Positions 59,761 to 64,000 of a stretch of DNA of 64,000 nt are shown one piece after another (the stretch's first letter is position 1; every line of letters starts with the position of its first letter). The position numbers and the translations under genes were made by a program. Origin of the DNA: Candidatus Poribacteria bacterium (lineage in GTDB: Bacteria > Poribacteria > WGA-4E > WGA-3G); assembly GCA_965197475.1 (NCBI GenBank), contig CBDANF010000002.1, positions 736,001 through 800,000 of the forward strand, written 5' to 3'. The notes beneath the pieces are model-generated. The model saw nothing but the letters and a program-made list of their open reading frames with translations, ran no database searches and was not told the origin of the DNA.

Positions 59761-60609
59761 ATGAAAATTGGACTCATTTCTGACCTGCACACTGATGCAA
59801 CCGAAACAAACAGGGCGATTGTCCCATTTCTCATTAACACTATCAAAGCTGCTGAACTTGACGTTTTTGTCCTCACAGGTGATATAACCCCCAAGCTACC
59901 TGAATTTTACGAAATACTCGGTGAATTTGACAAAGCAGATTTAACTTGTCAGAAACTCTTTGTTCCAGGGAATCACGATATTTGGGTTAGCAAGGATGCT
60001 AACATGACGAGTGAACAGAAATGCCGAGTGATTTCACAAATCTGTCAAGATCATGGGTTTTATCCACTTATTGATGCCCCCCATATTATAGAAACTGTAG
60101 GATTCTGCGGTACCATTGGTTGGTACGATTATACATTTGCATCTGATGAATACGATTTTTCCACGGAACAGTATGCTGAAAAACAGTTGATGGGAACAGT
60201 TTGGAGTGATAAGCGATACGCTAAGTGGGGGGATACAGACGAGAATGTCGCACACCGTTTTGAGGCAGAACTTGACAAGCAGATCGCTTCCCTCAAAGAC
60301 AAGGTGCAACGCATCATTGTTGTAACACATCATGTTCCATTTCGGGAGTGTATCCGTTATCGAGGCGAATTACCTTGGGACTATTTCCGTGCGTTTATGG
60401 GAAGCGAAGGTCTTGGCACGTTATGTTTACAGGAACCGCTTGTTACACACGTCCTCTTTGGACATGTCCATTATGCTGTCAATCAGCAGATCAAGAGTGT
60501 TAAGGCAATCTGTGCGCCCATCGGCTATTTTCACGAAAAACCTGCCGAAAATTTGCAGTCTTATGCTAAACAACGTTTGACTTGTTTCACTTTAGCAAAA
60601 GGTTCCTAA
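59761..60609 (+). CDS. Calcineurin-like metallophosphoesterase
   Basis: SDLH, GD, GNHD, THHVP, FGHVH. Confidence 0.9.
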   Translation: MKIGLISDLHTDATETNRAIVPFLINTIKAAELDVFVLTGDITPKLPEFYEILGEFDKADLTCQKLFVPGNHDIWVSKDANMTSEQKCRVISQICQDHGFYPLIDAPHIIETVGFCGTIGWYDYTFASDEYDFSTEQYAEKQLMGTVWSDKRYAKWGDTDENVAHRFEAELDKQIASLKDKVQRIIVVTHHVPFRECIRYRGELPWDYFRAFMGSEGLGTLCLQEPLVTHVLFGHVHYAVNQQIKSVKAICAPIGYFHEKPAENLQSYAKQRLTCFTLAKGS

Positions 60610-60644
60610 AACCAAAAAAGATAAAAGTAGTAAAGGAGACCACA

Positions 60645-61004
60645 ATGGAAATTACTTTAACAAATAGCAACGATGCCGGTTCCCTTGAATTTCCATGGGG
60701 CGCAATAAAATGGTTATGTAATGATCAGATTGATCCAGATGCTGAGATGACGTTCGGTATCGTTTATATCAACGCGGGCGAAGGCAACCCAATCCACTAT
60801 CACCCCAATTGTGAGGAACTTATCTATGTGCTCTCCGGTGAATGCGACCACAAGTTAGGAGATGAAATTATTCCGCTTAAGCCTGGAATGATGTTGCGAA
60901 TTCCGCGCAATGTCAAACACAATGCTGTCAACACCGGTTGGCAACCTGTGACAATGATTATCTGTTACTCAGATGCTGACAGACAAACAGTCTTTTCTGA
61001 TTAA
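60645..61004 (+). CDS. Cupin domain protein
   Basis: HYHPNCEE..YVLSG, IPRNVKH; AAGGAG SD. Confidence 0.85.
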   Translation: MEITLTNSNDAGSLEFPWGAIKWLCNDQIDPDAEMTFGIVYINAGEGNPIHYHPNCEELIYVLSGECDHKLGDEIIPLKPGMMLRIPRNVKHNAVNTGWQPVTMIICYSDADRQTVFSD

Positions 61005-61058
61005 AAAAGTTGCAGAACAATATGTTTATTGATATTCGGCAAACAGGAATTATGAACT

Positions 61059-61751
61059 ATGTCCAAAGAATCAAGGTGCAAAGTTAAGATTTGCGGTACT
61101 ACTTCAATCCACGATGCATGCCTTGCTGCTGATGTAGGTGCGGATTACTCTGGTGTATTAGTTGATGTTGCTTCTTCAGAACGATCTTTAACTACTACGC
61201 AAGCGTTAGAAATCGCCAATGCAAGTCCTATTCCAACGGTATTGTTGCTATACAATCGCACAACATCAGATATTCAAGAAGCGGTGTCCCGAATCCAACC
61301 GTTTGCAGTTCAACTCCTTGGGCAAGAGACACCACAACAAGTTGAAAAGCTCAAACGAGTCGTGACATGCCAACTCTGGAAATCTGTTTACTTGCCTGCA
61401 GGAAGTCCTAAAAATGTAGATATGTCAGCAGTTCGGGAACAGATGCAAGCGCACCATGATGCTGGCGCAGATTTTCTCTTATTTGATACCGTTGACATGA
61501 GTCTTAAGACTCCTCGATATGGCGGCACAGGCAAAACTTGTGATTGGCATACCGCTGCAGCGTTAATTTCAGAGAGTCCGCTGCCAGTTTTTTTCGCGGG
61601 TGGAATTCGTCCGGAGAACGTCACAGCTGCGATTAAAACGATAAACCCCTACGGGATTGACCTCTGCTCAAGTGTGGAAGCGTCAAAAGGTGTTAAAGAT
61701 AAGCAAAAACTACAACGACTAATGGAACAGGTCAGAAAATCTAAAACGTAA
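61059..61751 (+). CDS. trpF: Phosphoribosylanthranilate isomerase
   Basis: VKICG, LFDT, GGTGKTCDW, FAGGIRPENV, GIDLCSSVE. Confidence 0.9.
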   Translation: MSKESRCKVKICGTTSIHDACLAADVGADYSGVLVDVASSERSLTTTQALEIANASPIPTVLLLYNRTTSDIQEAVSRIQPFAVQLLGQETPQQVEKLKRVVTCQLWKSVYLPAGSPKNVDMSAVREQMQAHHDAGADFLLFDTVDMSLKTPRYGGTGKTCDWHTAAALISESPLPVFFAGGIRPENVTAAIKTINPYGIDLCSSVEASKGVKDKQKLQRLMEQVRKSKT

Positions 61752-61965
61752 TTATCTAACCACTTAACTCAAATTTGTTGAAATCGTTGTAAATAATAGG
61801 ATATACTTATATTTGAAACAATGTGAAGTGCTTTTACTTGATTAAGAATTAGGAATAAGTTTTGAAAACTTTTGTCCAATTGACGACTTCTTGCTTCGCA
61901 ATTTCCTGTAGAAGCGAGTACTAACAGGCATATTTTATTAATTTGCACAACCTAAGGAGACTTTT

Positions 61966-62736
61966 ATGAAAATCAACACATTTCAGTTGACCTTTATTTT
62001 TTTAATGGTTTGTATAATTTCCGTTGTCGGCACCTCTACTGTCTTCGCAGACAGTCATGAGACTGAAGGAGAAAAAATGAGTCCTGAAGCCGAAAGCAAA
62101 GCAATGAGTCCTGAAGCTGAAGCTATGGAAGAAAAACCGGGTGTTTCAGGATGGTTTCAGATTGATGTTGATGTTTTAGGCACCTATTTCTTGATCGGCG
62201 CAAGCCATCCGATCGGGGGCGTTTCAATCGCTTCCAACATCTATGTAAATGATAAGGACCTGGACAAGAATACGGGTGAATTTGATCTGGGTGTCACATT
62301 TCCCGTTGTGATGTCTGATAATGTATCACTTGCGTTGCAACCGATGGTAGGTATTGGGTTTGACTATACCGGAGCAGATGGACCAGATGCACTATATCCG
62401 CAAATTTTTGCTTTTCTGTCAGCACCTAATATCTTTTTTTTCCACTGGACAATTGGTAGCGTTTCGTCGATATTTAATGACGAGAGTATAAATGACATCT
62501 ACACTCGGAATTATTTGACTTATTCACTGAACGATACCATCGCTATCGGTCCTCAGGTTGAAGCAGTAATTGGTCTCGGTGATGAGAGTGAAATTTGGAG
62601 TCTGACTGCCGGTGGACGACTGAACATCGGCTACGGCAAGAATAACACACTCGGTATATATATTGGGTATGAAACCAAGAAAGGTGAAGATGAAACCGGA
62701 CTTACCGGTAGAATGAATTTCACCCGTTTTTGGTAG
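61966..62736 (+). CDS. Hypothetical exported protein, probable outer-membrane beta-barrel
   Basis: Signal peptide, MSPEAE duplication, alternating beta strands, C-terminal FW. Confidence 0.65.
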   Translation: MKINTFQLTFIFLMVCIISVVGTSTVFADSHETEGEKMSPEAESKAMSPEAEAMEEKPGVSGWFQIDVDVLGTYFLIGASHPIGGVSIASNIYVNDKDLDKNTGEFDLGVTFPVVMSDNVSLALQPMVGIGFDYTGADGPDALYPQIFAFLSAPNIFFFHWTIGSVSSIFNDESINDIYTRNYLTYSLNDTIAIGPQVEAVIGLGDESEIWSLTAGGRLNIGYGKNNTLGIYIGYETKKGEDETGLTGRMNFTRFW

Positions 62737-62795
62737 GATACTTTTTCTTATACCGAAGATCCGCAATAAAGAGAGCGTTCCTACCTGTTAAACAT

Positions 62796-62827
62796 TAGGC
62801 GCGCTTCTGTCTAAGAAGCACGCCTAT
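62796..62827 (+). terminator. Probable intrinsic terminator
   Basis: TAGGCGCGCTTCT..AGAAGCACGCCTA followed by TCTTT. Confidence 0.5.
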
Positions 62828-62986
62828 CTTTATTACAATGATACCTTTTATAGTAGATTTTACAATTAACGATACACTGTAATCAGCGCGCTTACAAAGC
62901 GCGACTACCAGTAAATGTAGGAGAGTGAATGTAAGAGGCGCAATGAATTGCGCGACTACAAACGCATCAACTCAAAAGAAAATGTT

Positions 62987-63972
62987 CGCTCATGTCAAGA
63001 GTAAGTGCTTTTGACGAGTTTTGCTATAAAATCAACACTGACAGCTTTTAGATTCATGACGAACTCACAGATTGCGACGTAACCGGCGAGGAACTTTTTA
63101 TGAACGCCACGAAAGGGACGAAGGAAGTTTCGCAGCGTCGTCCAGGCACCTTCAATCGTCCTTGTATGGATCTCGTAAAGACCATCACCGTCTGCGTCTC
63201 TTGCCCACTCGCCATCCTTATGGAGAACAATCTCACGGGCGCGCTGAATACGGTTATAGCCACGCCAACCATCCGTATACACCGTTGAAGTCGGCAACGT
63301 CCACTGATGAACGTGTGTTGAAAGCGTCGCAGAATCGGTGTGCCGCACAACACGTAATCTCAGGAGACCGCTTTCGCGACCTTTCGTCCCAACAATAGGC
63401 GGACGATCATTGTCATAAGTCCCATGTCCCCTGCGTTTATTGCCACGCCGACGCGGCGGATCCGAAGCATCAACGTGCTTATCGCCTTTTTCACCGGCGT
63501 TTTGAAACATCTCATCTGTTTCGACTTCAGCATCAGGTAAAGCAGCTTCGGGTTGTATCTGCTCTGCCGAAGTTTGGAGTTTACGTCTTATAGAAAGAAC
63601 GGTTTGACGACTTAGACCCAGTTCACACCCGAGTTGTGCACTTGAAACACCTTGACAGACACCGCGCAAAAGCAGAACGACCTGTGAGGGACGAAACTGC
63701 GTGCCAGCAAAGACCGTCCCGGTATAGAGGTTGTAGATGCTCTCACAGTGTTTGCAGCGATACACTTGTAGACCACTTGTTTCAGTCGGACGGAACTTGC
63801 GTGCCTCCGCCACGCTCGCTTGGCATTTTGGGCAACACAGCCCTTGAAGGTGGAAATGATCCAACACCCACGCTTGAGTTTTTTCTTCATCCATGAGAGA
63901 TTGTATTGGAAAGTCCATAGGTAACACGCTAACATAACTTTGAAAAAATAGCACTTACTTTTTACATGAGCC
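62987..63972 (-). mobile_element. IS1595-family element, intact, with 8-bp TSD
   Basis: CPKC..YRCKHC zinc ribbon, ETDEMF, YTDGW, IEGAW; TIR GCTCATGT(C/A)AA(G/A)AGTAAGTGCT; direct repeat AAAATGTT at 62979-62986 and 63973-63980. Confidence 0.93.
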
Positions 63973-64000
63973 AAAATGTTTACTTGTTTTTATAATTCAC

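Overview
Bacterial chromosomal window, inferred to be Candidatus Poribacteria or a similar sponge symbiont. The inference rests on secreted LamG proteins with an 'AVEPxxKLATTWxxIK' tail, WD40/HEAT/TPR proteins, PhyH, FGE-sulfatase and TIM-barrel epimerase genes. Housekeeping genes (uvrC 3' end, iscS, thrS, argB, trpF, a HelY/Ski2 helicase) are mixed with five IS elements, many REP/MITE-like repeats and several recent pseudogenes. The strongest hidden signal is a Ro60/Rsr (TROVE) locus with four Y RNAs that the ORF track misses. They form two copies of a [YrlA tRNA-mimic + short Y RNA] pair, preceded by a consensus sigma70 promoter and a tRNA-3'-half-like leader, and separated by an IS1, a lipoprotein gene and nested repeats. 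Other notable items: a HEPN-motif gene between mod and res of a Type III R-M system; an orphan methyltransferase whose probable endonuclease partner was truncated by an IS5; a ~75-aa module inserted in frame into two unrelated membrane proteins; a fixed-length (~121 bp) REP-carrying MITE family; a TPR-fused Doc antitoxin candidate; and recurrent in-frame TAG codons. All family calls come from motif recognition by eye, with no database search.
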